IMG/VR virus record: IMGVR_UViG_3300045988_079978
Direction: 5' to 3' (one strand)
DNA from: a virus
DNA length: 60,599 nucleotides
Shown: piece after piece, positions 44,899-54,935 of the stretch
How the letters are laid out: the number at the start of each line of letters is the position of its first letter
How positions within the stretch are numbered: the stretch's first letter is position 1
Program-made: the position numbers and the translations under genes
Notes under the pieces: generated by a model
The model's input: only the letters and a program-made list of their open reading frames with translations
Databases searched by the model: none
What the model was told of the DNA's origin: nothing

Positions 44899-45927
44899 TT
44901 ACTCCTTTGCAAACTCCGGCGTTTCTATCTCATCTGCTTCTGATTCAGCTACTACAGATTCATCTTCAACTACAAATTCCTGTGAGTTTTCGTTCTGCGC
45001 AATCTCTTCCTGTGATGCTTTGTATGTTTCATCCAGCTGTAATAATGAGTTTGAAGCCATGTTGTTCAGATTCTTAGGGAACTTCTTAATCGCATTGTTA
45101 CGCATCTTACGGACAATCATTGCTTCCGGCGTATCAAGCCATGCAGCACTGATATATGGTTTTGCAACTTCACACTTTAAGATATCTTCCAAAGTTTCAC
45201 ATTCACGAACAGCAGACAAAATTTCCTCTTTTTTTGCTTTGATCTGCTCTTTCTGTTTTGGGGTGGCCTTGTAACGATTTTCGCAAATACCAAACGTTTC
45301 ATTCAGAAGATTATTTCTGATATGAGCAATCAAATTTGTTCTTACTGGCTCTCTTTCCGCAATCAAATAATCCACTGTTCCATCTTTCAGTTTTACCGGA
45401 TATACGACACGCACTGTCTTATCGGACAATCCTTTCTGAGTCCATTCTGCCGGTTCTACTTCAATTCCACGTCTGCGAGGGTATGTAAAATCATCGCCCT
45501 CTTTTACAAGCCATACTGGATACACAGTGTCTACATTGTTTCCGAACTGCCTTAAAAGCGCATCGTTTCCATCACCCTCAATACCCATTTCGACAAGCTT
45601 AATCCACTGACCATTGATCTGCTTACTGCGAAGCTGAAAATACACTTCTCTTGGCATTGAACTAGCATTCAGCTTAAGGCTTGCACACTGTGCCACAACT
45701 TCTCTAAGATTAGAGGTGTTGAGGCTTTTCATATCTGCCTTGTCGGTGTTCTGTACCAACTGGAATATTGCAGACATTGCGTTCATAGCACACTGTTTGG
45801 AATATTCATCATACTGCACACCACACAACTCAAAATCTCTTGAAACAAGACCAGTAACAAGGTTTGTCCACTCGCTCAGATTTGTCGTAAACTCCTGTTT
45901 CTGAGCCACTTCTTTTTTCTCTGCCAT
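44899..45927 (-). CDS. recT: RecT-like single-strand annealing protein
   Basis: 342 aa with an acidic C-terminal tail. Its context is SSB, an MBL hydrolase and an SbcC-like ATPase. Confidence 0.5.
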   Translation of the reverse strand: MAEKKEVAQKQEFTTNLSEWTNLVTGLVSRDFELCGVQYDEYSKQCAMNAMSAIFQLVQNTDKADMKSLNTSNLREVVAQCASLKLNASSMPREVYFQLRSKQINGQWIKLVEMGIEGDGNDALLRQFGNNVDTVYPVWLVKEGDDFTYPRRRGIEVEPAEWTQKGLSDKTVRVVYPVKLKDGTVDYLIAEREPVRTNLIAHIRNNLLNETFGICENRYKATPKQKEQIKAKKEEILSAVRECETLEDILKCEVAKPYISAAWLDTPEAMIVRKMRNNAIKKFPKNLNNMASNSLLQLDETYKASQEEIAQNENSQEFVVEDESVVAESEADEIETPEFAKE

Positions 45928-45945
45928 TATTCTTCCTCCATATTT

Positions 45946-46431
45946 TTACTGAGTTGCTACCATTTTAAGAACAATTCCGATTGCTTCCGTTCTTGTAAAT
46001 CCCTCTTCTATTAATGCTCCAACAGACGCACGAAAAGCTTTTGCCATAGGCTTTGCGTTTTCCTCAAATGAATCTGTATCTGTTTCGGCTGGCTCACTTC
46101 CAGTGAGTCTCTGAAATGCCAGTTTTGCACCGACCGTAAAATCGAAATCATCATATGGATTGCATTTCGCAACAGCTTTGGAACCGTCAATTTTATTCAA
46201 TGCAATAACTTCATTACCTCTACGGTAAATCACAATGCATTCACTTACTGGTTTTAAACTTTTGGAAAAAGGTGATCCATTGTAGAAATTGTTAACCAGG
46301 CATTCTTTAATTTCATTAATTGTTTCATATGTATACTTGTCTGCAAAAGCATCATGGTTTACAATCCTAATAATATTTCCTTTTTCTTCACCATTTTTAA
46401 CCCTGTAAAGTCTACCAATTTTAAATTCCAT
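45946..46431 (-). CDS. Hypothetical protein (161 aa)
   Basis: ORF only. Confidence 0.45.
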   Translation of the reverse strand: MEFKIGRLYRVKNGEEKGNIIRIVNHDAFADKYTYETINEIKECLVNNFYNGSPFSKSLKPVSECIVIYRRGNEVIALNKIDGSKAVAKCNPYDDFDFTVGAKLAFQRLTGSEPAETDTDSFEENAKPMAKAFRASVGALIEEGFTRTEAIGIVLKMVATQ

Positions 46432-46635
46432 CTATTCTTCCTCCACTTTCTGCACTTTCTTGATCTTATCCTTATATCCGAGAACTTCCTCTTCCGGCAC
46501 ATTCACAACTTCTACGACTGCCTGTGCTTTACCGACAGAAATCTTGTCCCCGATTTTTACAGGGACATCGGCTTCAAAGGTATAAGCTTTGCCGACCGGG
46601 ATATCGTTCTTGAGATACTTTGCTTTTACGTACAT
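46432..46635 (-). CDS. Hypothetical protein (67 aa)
   Basis: ORF tightly packed against its neighbours. Confidence 0.4.
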   Translation of the reverse strand: MYVKAKYLKNDIPVGKAYTFEADVPVKIGDKISVGKAQAVVEVVNVPEEEVLGYKDKIKKVQKVEEE

Positions 46636-46967
46636 TACTTAGCACCTCCACCGAACACAGCCGTCAATATTGCATCTAACATTGGGTTGCCTGTTGTCGG
46701 TTCTTTTTCATCAGATTTCTCTTCATCCGGCTTTTTCTTGATATGTTCTAAAATTGCTTTTGAAGTTCTTAAACTTGCTTCATCTAAATCATCAACAAGT
46801 AATGCATCGAATATTTCTTTCCCTTGATCTTCTCCGAATTCTTCGACAAAAGTCTTTCTCAAAGCTCTACAAATAACTCTAAAATCTGCCATTATCTCAA
46901 CACTCAGTCCTTCGATATGTACTAATCCTTTGTCTGTTTTAATCATCTTATTTATCCTCACTTTCAA
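46635..46967 (-). CDS. Hypothetical protein (110 aa)
   Basis: ORF only. Confidence 0.4.
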   Translation of the reverse strand: MKVRINKMIKTDKGLVHIEGLSVEIMADFRVICRALRKTFVEEFGEDQGKEIFDALLVDDLDEASLRTSKAILEHIKKKPDEEKSDEKEPTTGNPMLDAILTAVFGGGAK

Positions 46968-48966
46968 TTTTTAATTCTTTGTCCTTAGTTACCGCCAGAT
47001 GAATCATCTGAGCGTTCATTTCTGGAAAATTAACCTCATTTACCGCTTCGCTGTTGTCAATAAAAACCGGACAACTAACCTCATACAGGTTTGACAGCGA
47101 CTGAATAATATCCAATCCGGCAATAATCCTGTGCCCGTTATTCAAACTTGACAGCGGTACGCCGTTTACAGTACATTCGCAAGTTTCTTTCAGACCGCCA
47201 TTGATCTGATCTTCAAACAGCTTAAATGAAACAACATTGAATTTCTTGTTAACATCAGCAGCGACCATAGCACTTTTTGATCTGATAAAATCATCTGTAA
47301 GGTTAATCATCTTCTCTTGGTTAGCAATCTTCTGACCGACTTCTTTCTGTTCAGCCTCAAGTTCCGCAATACGTTTCTTAGTCTTCGTATTGTCTGCTGC
47401 CAGAATCTTTCCGGCAATCTCCGTAATTTCGTCTTTCAGAACTGCTTTTTTTGCTTCAAGCTCTGTTCTTCCAGATGTATCAGAACTCATAGATTCAATC
47501 TCTTTTTCAAGTACCGAGATTTTCTCGATAGTTGCCAGATATTCAGCTTTTTCAGAAATGTCCGCTGTCTTTGGATAACGATCAAGTTCTTCCTGTGCTG
47601 AATCATAGTTTTTCTGAGCTTCCACCAGCTTAGAATCCAATTTGACCATGCTTTTGCGGAGTTCTTCTTCACGGCTCTTATATTTATCCCTATCCGTAGC
47701 AGCTTCTGTTCCGGCAGTTTCGATTTCAGAGATTTTATTTTTCTTCCGCTCTTTGAACTGGATAAAATCATTCGTATATTTAGCTTCATATGCCTGTTTT
47801 TTCTTCTCATAGTTCTCAATATTTTTCTGAATCACATCTTCCGGCAAATCCTGTCCGCAAGTCGGGCAAACCGAAGCACTGTCTGGAATTGGCTCCATTG
47901 GAACCATTTCAGGGAATGTCTTTGCTTTTTCCGCTTTCCATTCTTCCTGTAACCGCTTAACTTCCTTAACAGACCACTCATATTTAGAGTGAACCGAATG
48001 AATTTCAGAATTCGTATCAGCGATCTCACGTTTAATGCTTCTCAGAGTATCTTCTTTCGCTACCAGATCATCTCTAAGAGCCTTTGATTTATCGAATAAC
48101 TTCTGGTTCTCTTCGTTCTGAATTTCGGAAATGCGAAATTTGAGATTCATTATCTCCTGACGTTTGGAATTAATTTCTCCTAACTTTCCATTACCACCAG
48201 ACAATTCATCTTCAACTTTCTGCAGAGCCACTTCTTTAGCCGATTTTTCAATCTCCAACGCTCCAACATCAGCAATAACAAGACTCTTGGATGCTTCATC
48301 AATACGAGGAGGGATCTCTTTTTCGTCTTTCTTAAGTTCAATCCTGGCTTTTTTGTACTTTTTTAATATGTCGTCTGTACTGGCTATTTTTAATTCCGGT
48401 ATTAGTAGCGCATATTTTTCACCGAATGTTTTGGCAATTTCAACATTTGAAGGACAACCAACGATTTTCATAAGAATTTCGCGTTGCTCTTCCCAATGAA
48501 GTGCGTTAAATGCAGATGGATTTGTAATGAGATTGAATACATCTTCTTTTACGATTCCAGAAATGAACTCTTTAAATTCTTTCTGAGACTTTGGATATCC
48601 ATTGATGTCAAACTCATTCACATTTCCCTGGAGCTCTCTTGTATCAGTCCCACGTTTCTTTACCCAATTCTGTTTCTGAACTTTTTTCAGATCATATTCG
48701 TCACCATCAACTGATATCTTTGCTTCAACGGAAATTTCAATGTTGTTAATCATATTCCCGTCTATATCCAATGGCCTGATATCAAAATCAGAACTTCCAA
48801 GGCTATCTTTTCCAAACAATAGCCACGTAAACGCATCAAAGATTGTTGTCTTTCCAGTGGCATTCGCACCGGAGATTCTTGTTTTTTCACCAAACTCAAT
48901 AGTTCTGTCCTTACATCCTTTAAAATTTTGGATATGCATGGACAGCAATTTAATCTGCTTCACCAA
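46948..48966 (-). CDS. SbcC/Rad50-like AAA ATPase with a coiled coil and zinc hook
   Basis: Walker A GANATGKTT, a ~400-aa coiled coil, and a central CPTCGQ hook. Confidence 0.7.
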   Translation of the reverse strand: MVKQIKLLSMHIQNFKGCKDRTIEFGEKTRISGANATGKTTIFDAFTWLLFGKDSLGSSDFDIRPLDIDGNMINNIEISVEAKISVDGDEYDLKKVQKQNWVKKRGTDTRELQGNVNEFDINGYPKSQKEFKEFISGIVKEDVFNLITNPSAFNALHWEEQREILMKIVGCPSNVEIAKTFGEKYALLIPELKIASTDDILKKYKKARIELKKDEKEIPPRIDEASKSLVIADVGALEIEKSAKEVALQKVEDELSGGNGKLGEINSKRQEIMNLKFRISEIQNEENQKLFDKSKALRDDLVAKEDTLRSIKREIADTNSEIHSVHSKYEWSVKEVKRLQEEWKAEKAKTFPEMVPMEPIPDSASVCPTCGQDLPEDVIQKNIENYEKKKQAYEAKYTNDFIQFKERKKNKISEIETAGTEAATDRDKYKSREEELRKSMVKLDSKLVEAQKNYDSAQEELDRYPKTADISEKAEYLATIEKISVLEKEIESMSSDTSGRTELEAKKAVLKDEITEIAGKILAADNTKTKKRIAELEAEQKEVGQKIANQEKMINLTDDFIRSKSAMVAADVNKKFNVVSFKLFEDQINGGLKETCECTVNGVPLSSLNNGHRIIAGLDIIQSLSNLYEVSCPVFIDNSEAVNEVNFPEMNAQMIHLAVTKDKELKIESEDK

Positions 48967-49132
48967 CTATCACCCTTTCTTCCTTATCTATAATTTTTCT
49001 ATCTGAACTATCCTTTTTGACGATATGTAAGTACAAATCATCTTCGAACAGGTTCATCCATTCTTTCGGGGACAACCCGAGATCCGCCAGAAGCTTTTTC
49101 TGGCTCAATGTTAACTTTTTAGGTTGTTTCAT
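48950..49132 (-). CDS. Hypothetical protein (60 aa)
   Basis: ORF only. Confidence 0.35.
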   Translation of the reverse strand: MKQPKKLTLSQKKLLADLGLSPKEWMNLFEDDLYLHIVKKDSSDRKIIDKEERVIVGEAD

Positions 49133-49545
49133 GACGCCTCCTATGCTATTATTTAATTGTCATTTATTTTTACATTTGCACCTGTATGAGAGATGCCACT
49201 CTCTATGGGTGCGATTTTTATTTCCATACAATATCTAGTGGTCCGCCCATTCGGCAGTAGATCAGCAGAATTGCGATCCATACTATCTCGAACAATATTG
49301 CAATCGCCACCCAAAACAGGATTTTTTTGAAGATTTCTTTCATATGATCTCCTAACATGTTGCTGCCTTTTTATTTGGAATCGGCGCAACCATTAATGTG
49401 ACACCCAGTTTCTCTTTTTTGATGGCTTCGTTGAGTTCATCAATCGTATTGATTCCAAGTTTTTTAAGCTCTTCTTCGATTAATTTTCTCTTTTCGTCCA
49501 TATAGCTCATCCTTTCTGTGATATAATCACCGTGGAGGTGATATT

Positions 49546-49725
49546 ATGGGTCTTTTACCCGATATCGGTTATCCGCAAACTGGCGACAAGAGTGAGTCCG
49601 GTACATATATCTGCATGAATTGCCCTCATGAAGATTCTGATGATAAATCCGTTGTCATTCTTGACAAATTCGGCATCCTTCCGGAATGTCCTGTTTGTGG
49701 TTATACCTACTGGATGAAGATTTAA
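49546..49725 (+). CDS. Small zinc-ribbon protein (59 aa, ...YICMNCPHED...ECPVCGYTYW)
   Basis: Found by hand translation. RBS GGAGGTG and an extended -10 (TGATATAAT at 49521-49529) lie upstream. Confidence 0.45.
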   Translation: MGLLPDIGYPQTGDKSESGTYICMNCPHEDSDDKSVVILDKFGILPECPVCGYTYWMKI

Positions 49726-49907
49726 TACTTCTCCGCATCTGCTGGGTGGACTAAGTTCTGCCCAGTTTTTGCATATGCATTACTCAGTGCATTCAACGCC
49801 ATAATCTCGACTCCAAGTCTCTTCTCTACATCGTAATTACCAGATTTTCTAAGATTCTGAATGTCCTCATAAATCTGATCGCATAATGTATTGATTTTCT
49901 CGACCAT
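49722..49907 (-). CDS. Hypothetical protein (61 aa)
   Basis: ORF only. Confidence 0.35.
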   Translation of the reverse strand: MVEKINTLCDQIYEDIQNLRKSGNYDVEKRLGVEIMALNALSNAYAKTGQNLVHPADAEKY

Positions 49908-49952
49908 GCTTTCTCCTTTCTACTCTTCCAGGAAATACTCAATCGGAACATC

Positions 49953-50663
49953 TTATATTCTCAACTGTGAATTGCAGTCCTGAATCATAATCCTTGTGTT
50001 TGTACATGGTTGCCAGTTCTTCACGTAATCCACTGCTTCATCGAATTTCTTCTTAGGAACATTGTTGCGAGCATTTACATTGAAGTAATGTTTCAAATCC
50101 CTATTGCATTCAGCAAATACTTTTCTACCGATTTCGTGATATGCATTACTGTCTTTACCACCAAGAGCATCAATCACAACTCTATTGACGATATCTCCAA
50201 GTGACATCTGCTGTCCGTAATCAATCGTCATATTCTGCTCAAGGTCTGCGATACGTCCTTCATGGTCATCAATCATGCCTAACTGAATACGCATCATTTC
50301 TACTGGACTCATTGGCTTTTTCTTATTAAAGTAGGTTTTTACAAGTTCACGTTGAACTTCCCAAGCTAAATCATCAGTAAATGATTTTACTAGCATCAGA
50401 TAACCTGATTCAGTAAGAAGCGTTACATCCTCTCTTGCCATCTCCGAAATCTCCATGATTTTGTGCGTCCGAATTTCGGACGGGCAAATTTTATAGAAAT
50501 CTTCACCCTCAATAAACCTACTTCTGTTGTCATTGAATCTCTTCCTTGCCGTTCCGTCCGGTCTTTCATGCACGCTGTCTACATCCTTGAATGTAACAAC
50601 TCTCTGACCGTTAAACTCTTTGATGGATAAATCACTGTTTCCAATTTTTACTAGGTTATTCAT
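49953..50663 (-). CDS. Antirepressor-like protein (ORF6N / Bro-N-like plus a C-terminal domain)
   Basis: The pattern FNGQRVVTFKDVDSVHERPDGTARKRFNDNRSRFIEGEDFYK. Confidence 0.65.
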   Translation of the reverse strand: MNNLVKIGNSDLSIKEFNGQRVVTFKDVDSVHERPDGTARKRFNDNRSRFIEGEDFYKICPSEIRTHKIMEISEMAREDVTLLTESGYLMLVKSFTDDLAWEVQRELVKTYFNKKKPMSPVEMMRIQLGMIDDHEGRIADLEQNMTIDYGQQMSLGDIVNRVVIDALGGKDSNAYHEIGRKVFAECNRDLKHYFNVNARNNVPKKKFDEAVDYVKNWQPCTNTRIMIQDCNSQLRI

Positions 50664-50674
50664 CTTTCTCCTTT

Positions 50675-50863
50675 CTAACTTTTGTCATTTGCCGGAATTG
50701 TTTTTCGTTCATTCTCAAATTGAATAAGGTCGTCCTCTGATATTCTGTACTCTCTTCCGAGCTTAATTGCATTCAATTTACGCTGACGAATCCAATCCCA
50801 TACTGTGATTACTTTTACCTTGTATCGCTCTGCTACTTCATCACAGGTGTACATTTTAGCCAA
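50675..50863 (-). CDS. Excisionase-family / Cro-like HTH protein
   Basis: YTCDEVAERYKVKVITVWDWIRQRKLNAIKLGREYRI is an MerR/Xis-type HTH. It is the first gene of the leftward early operon. Confidence 0.6.
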   Translation of the reverse strand: MAKMYTCDEVAERYKVKVITVWDWIRQRKLNAIKLGREYRISEDDLIQFENERKTIPANDKS

Positions 50864-50951
50864 AAATATCCCTCCCTTTTTATTGTTATTTATACTTGTG
50901 TTTTCTTCTGTTCATTCAAGTATGTCCATACTATAGCACTTTGTTCTTCGG

Positions 50952-50993
50952 TTGTCAATAAGTATTACTAGGTTTTTGACAAAGTATTTAGTT
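50952..50993. promoter_or_regulatory. Divergent switch region with operator-like repeats
   Basis: TTGTCAA (50952-58) and TTGACAA (50976-82) are inverted. Each is followed by AAGTATT-(N)-TAG. Confidence 0.45.
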
Positions 50994-51014
50994 TTAGTGA
51001 AAGGTGGACAAAAA

Positions 51015-51389
51015 ATGTATGAAATTTTTGAACAATTACTACAATCCCGTGGGATAAGTGCTTATAAGTTTTGCAAAGAAACTGGCGTATCTCAATCAAC
51101 AATCAGTACATGGAAGAAAAAGAATTCAAAGTGTGGAATGGATTTAGCAGAAATCATTGCTAATTACTTTGGTATTGCAATAGATTATCTAATGAACGGA
51201 GATGATGCAAAAGCGGAGATAACTAACAAAGGTTACTACATTGATGAAGAGACAGCTCGTACAGCACAGGAAATCTACAACAACGACAAGATTCTCTTTG
51301 ATGTATACAACACCGTTGATAAAGAAAGACTGGTTGATTTTGCCAAGAAGCTCGCTGAATTGCGCAAAATTGAGGAAGGTGAGGAATGA
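51015..51389 (+). CDS. XRE-family repressor (CI-like)
   Basis: HTH ISAYKFCKETGVSQSTISTWKK. It is divergent from the early operon. Confidence 0.75.
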   Translation: MYEIFEQLLQSRGISAYKFCKETGVSQSTISTWKKKNSKCGMDLAEIIANYFGIAIDYLMNGDDAKAEITNKGYYIDEETARTAQEIYNNDKILFDVYNTVDKERLVDFAKKLAELRKIEEGEE

Positions 51390-51683
51390 TTGTACTACAA
51401 AGGATATTATATAAACGTGGTAATGCTAGATAAGTCATATGGCATTCCAGGATGCGTCAAACACAACGCTGATGATTCTTATACAATATTCATAGATGCA
51501 TCATTGAACTACGAAAAACAGCATGAAGTGTTCTTGCATGAAATGAGACATATTCTCGGAAATGATTTTGATGAAGAAGATGTTCAGAAAATAGAAATGA
51601 GAAATCATATGAACGACTATCTTGAAATAGCAAGTGAATTATTTCCAGATTTAAACAAACTGCGAATTGCAAAAGCTATATAG
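51390..51683 (+). CDS. ImmA/IrrE-like metallopeptidase
   Basis: HExxH motif VFLHEMRHILGNDF, directly after the XRE gene. Confidence 0.65.
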   Translation: MYYKGYYINVVMLDKSYGIPGCVKHNADDSYTIFIDASLNYEKQHEVFLHEMRHILGNDFDEEDVQKIEMRNHMNDYLEIASELFPDLNKLRIAKAI

Positions 51684-51702
51684 CGTACAAGAGGTTTTAT
51701 CT

Positions 51703-52029
51703 ATGATTACATCATTTATAATTATGGGACTTGTAGTTCTAGCATTTCCTCCTGCTATAATTATTTTCATTATTTACAAAATATGCGATTTTATATCCGA
51801 TGTTAACCGCTTGAATAAAGAGAAGAAAAGACGATTAATTGAACAAGAGGAAGCAAAGAAAAGAGCCAAGCAAATGGCTGAGCAAAAACAAATTTTGCGT
51901 GAAAAGAAAATTAGCGAAAGAAAAAAGTGGGAAGAAATTGAACGTAATGCTTTGAAAAGAAATGCAGAATTGCGTGAGCAAGATGAGCAAGATAACTATG
52001 AGCAATATAAAGAACTATCTAAATGGTGA
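51703..52029 (+). CDS. Membrane-anchored coiled-coil protein
   Basis: N-terminal TM helix followed by a K/E-rich helix. Confidence 0.45.
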   Translation: MITSFIIMGLVVLAFPPAIIIFIIYKICDFISDVNRLNKEKKRRLIEQEEAKKRAKQMAEQKQILREKKISERKKWEEIERNALKRNAELREQDEQDNYEQYKELSKW

Positions 52030-52058
52030 TTTTATTGTAAAAAATTGAGGAGGAAATT

Positions 52059-52712
52059 ATGAAAAAGAAATTTGTTGTAGCACTGTTAGCGTGCATATTA
52101 TCCATTTCAACCGTTGCGTGTGGAAATACTTCTCAAAAGAAAGAATCCAGCACCAAGCAAACAGCGCAATCCAGTTCAAAAAAGAAATCAGGCAAAAAAG
52201 ACGTTGCCAATGCTAAGAAAGATGCATCTTCCGATGATGATGAAAATTTGTCTCAAGCTGAGTGGGTTCAAAAATATGCATCCGAAGACGGAACTGAGGA
52301 CGGATACAAAATTGTAAATAAAATTAATATGACATACAATGATATAAACATATCTTTTGACCATACAGAAAAATATACTAAAAAAGATGGTTCGCAAATC
52401 ATTCTTGTATACTTTAAGTTTACCAATAATTCAAACCAAGAAGCATCTCCTGCAACTTATTTCAATACATTGGCATTTCAAAATGGCCAATCCATCGGGT
52501 TAGCTTCATATTCATTGGATGATGAAAGTAAGGATGTATACATAAACAATGAACTCAAAGAAGTTTCATCTGGAGAATCAATTTTATTCGCTCAAGAGAT
52601 AGATATTGAGGATTGGGTATCACCAGTAAAAATAAGGGTCAACGATGCCAATGTGTATAATCAGGATATGAGCAAACAACAACTGCAACAGCAAGAAATA
52701 AACTTACAATAA
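52059..52712 (+). CDS. Lipoprotein (DUF4352/DUF5067-like)
   Basis: Signal peptide plus lipobox LSISTVACGNTS. Confidence 0.6.
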   Translation: MKKKFVVALLACILSISTVACGNTSQKKESSTKQTAQSSSKKKSGKKDVANAKKDASSDDDENLSQAEWVQKYASEDGTEDGYKIVNKINMTYNDINISFDHTEKYTKKDGSQIILVYFKFTNNSNQEASPATYFNTLAFQNGQSIGLASYSLDDESKDVYINNELKEVSSGESILFAQEIDIEDWVSPVKIRVNDANVYNQDMSKQQLQQQEINLQ

Positions 52713-52885
52713 GAATAAAAAATCCCGGTGTGTATCACGGCACCGGGATTCTGACATCACCTTATGGGGGATAATGTCAAGATGTTTCAATGAAAGTATA
52801 TCATCCCTCGTACAGTTACGCAAGCGGAACGTTTGTTCCTTGCTGGCTGTTATTTTTATACTTAATTTTAAGGAGGATGAATAAA

Positions 52886-54595
52886 ATGACAAATCAAAAA
52901 GAAAAAATAGTAGCATTATACGTCCGTGTATCTACCGGTTATCAAATAGACAAGGACTCTCTTCCATTCCAGAAGAAAGAACTGAAAGCATATTGCGAAC
53001 ACGTGCTGCACGTTGATAAAAAGCGAATTGAGGTATTTGAGGACGCGGGTAAATCTGGTAAGAACACGAAACGACCTGCGTTTGAACGTATGATGGAAAA
53101 AGTAAAAGCGGGCCTTGTTTCTCATGTAATCGTGTATAAGATTGACCGCATTACCAGAAACCTTGTGGACTTCTCTCTTATGTATGATGATTTCAAATAC
53201 AACAATGTTACGTTCATATCTCTGAACGAGCAATTTGACACCTCTAGTGCCATCGGAGAAGCTATCCTTAAGATTATACTGGTGTTCGCCGAATTAGAGC
53301 GCAAATTGACATCTGAGCGTGTCACAGACGTAATGATAGGTAGGGCACAGAGCGGGCAATGGAATGGCGCAAGGGTTCCCTACGGATGGGACTGGGATGC
53401 AGAAAACAAATGCCCTGTACATTCCAAGAAAGAAGCACCTTATGCTAAAGCCATGTACCAGATGTATCTGGACGGTGGTTCTTCTGTAACCATCCGGGAT
53501 TATAACAACTCTCACAATATTCCTACTAAGCGTGGTGGTGAATGGACATCTAAGACTGTTGCTGATTTTCTGCGGAATCCGATCAATAAAGGTGCCTATC
53601 GCTACAACTACAGGGAAAGTGCCAGGGGGAAAAGAAAAGCTGATGAAGAAGTTATCTATATGGAGGGCGTATTTCCACCATTGATAGCCCCGGAAATATG
53701 GAATGAAGTAAATAGACGCATGGATGCAAATCATACACGAAAGAATACTTCTGCCATGCATCCGATTAGAAAGAACTGTAATGTATTTGCCGGACTGATC
53801 GTGTGTGGTAAGTGTGGATCGAATTATCAAGTAACTGCCAAGGATAGGCGTAGAGGAAATGGATTCAGACCATCCTCTTATGCTTGTACCGGAAAGTACC
53901 AGAAAAAACATTGCGATAACTTGAATGTCAGCGACGTCAAGATTGGTCCGTTCATGATAAATTATATAGCAGCTATTATTGATGCATCTAAAAGTAGGAG
54001 ATTCATCAAAGATACTGAATCATTGGAAAGAGTTATACTCTCTCATATTGATTTCACAGACGTGGCCGGAATATCTGAATCAAGCTTACAGGATACAATT
54101 GATTTGCTATATGGTCGTTCCGGTACAGAAACTTTATCTGGTAAACCAGTTAGTAAAGATGGTAAAAATACTGATACAGCGGAAAAGAAAAAAGAGTTGC
54201 AAGAAAAACTCCAAAAAACAGATCGTGCTTTGGAACGATTGAAAAAGGCATACCTCTTCGATGATGATGCAATGGACGAAAAAGAATTTCTTGAAATGAA
54301 AACAAAATTAGAGGTTGATAAGGTGAAATTGGAAAATAGCATTAAGAGCCTAGACTCATCTTCTATCTCAGAAAATGTTGATCAGGCAGCATTCATTAAG
54401 TCCGCATCTCAATTCCTTATCTCGCACAAAATTAACAGTGGCGGGAATATAGAGTATTCCGAACTCGCAATGATGGATGAAGAAGCAATGAAAACACTTA
54501 TGAACTCCATTATTGACCATATCACAGTTATGGACAGGCATATTACAGAGATTGTTTTCAAGAATGGATTAACCCACACATTATTATACAGATAG
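52886..54595 (+). CDS. int: Large serine recombinase (integrase)
   Basis: Resolvase-type N-terminus VALYVRVSTGYQ, recombinase domain, zinc ribbon CGKCGSNY...YACTG, and a C-terminal coiled coil. Confidence 0.9.
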   Translation: MTNQKEKIVALYVRVSTGYQIDKDSLPFQKKELKAYCEHVLHVDKKRIEVFEDAGKSGKNTKRPAFERMMEKVKAGLVSHVIVYKIDRITRNLVDFSLMYDDFKYNNVTFISLNEQFDTSSAIGEAILKIILVFAELERKLTSERVTDVMIGRAQSGQWNGARVPYGWDWDAENKCPVHSKKEAPYAKAMYQMYLDGGSSVTIRDYNNSHNIPTKRGGEWTSKTVADFLRNPINKGAYRYNYRESARGKRKADEEVIYMEGVFPPLIAPEIWNEVNRRMDANHTRKNTSAMHPIRKNCNVFAGLIVCGKCGSNYQVTAKDRRRGNGFRPSSYACTGKYQKKHCDNLNVSDVKIGPFMINYIAAIIDASKSRRFIKDTESLERVILSHIDFTDVAGISESSLQDTIDLLYGRSGTETLSGKPVSKDGKNTDTAEKKKELQEKLQKTDRALERLKKAYLFDDDAMDEKEFLEMKTKLEVDKVKLENSIKSLDSSSISENVDQAAFIKSASQFLISHKINSGGNIEYSELAMMDEEAMKTLMNSIIDHITVMDRHITEIVFKNGLTHTLLYR

Positions 54596-54603
54596 CAAAA
54601 AAG

Positions 54604-54634
54604 CCCCGAAAAATCAATGCTTTCGGGGTTTTTT
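54604..54634 (+). terminator. Intrinsic terminator after the integrase gene
   Basis: Stem CCCCGAAA/TTTCGGGG followed by TTTTTT. Confidence 0.85.
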
Positions 54635-54653
54635 GTATGTTCAATATAAATGC

Positions 54654-54866
54654 TTAATAATTCTCTATTACCGGGTTCATCTGACAACCAAAGGTTACGG
54701 TAGCAAAGAAAAGGGGGCGTCCCAATTTTTCAGACTCTTCCTTTACATATTTTCTTGCTTTTTTGATAAAATAATACTGTCTTTCGGTATCATTAGTTGG
54801 TGGTTCTTTGCTTATGTCAATTTGTTCTAACTTTTTTTCGAATTCTTCATTTGAATTATTAAGCAT
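54654..54866 (-). pseudogene. 5' fragment of a miaB-like (radical-SAM methylthiotransferase) gene; marks attP
   Basis: It ends ...RQYYFIKKARKYV...LFFATVTFGCQMN and then diverges (PVIENY, stop). TxGCQMN is the MiaB/RimO N-terminal cysteine motif. Confidence 0.6.
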
Positions 54867-54935
54867 TTTTCAATGTCCTTTCACAACAATAATGTTATAA
54901 TATTATACTTTAGTATAGAACATTTTTCAATGCTT

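Noticed and set aside
53294-53911. 205-aa minus-strand ORF inside the integrase gene, and 25867-26445 (-) inside the J-domain gene
   Set aside because: They are antisense shadow ORFs within well-supported genes.
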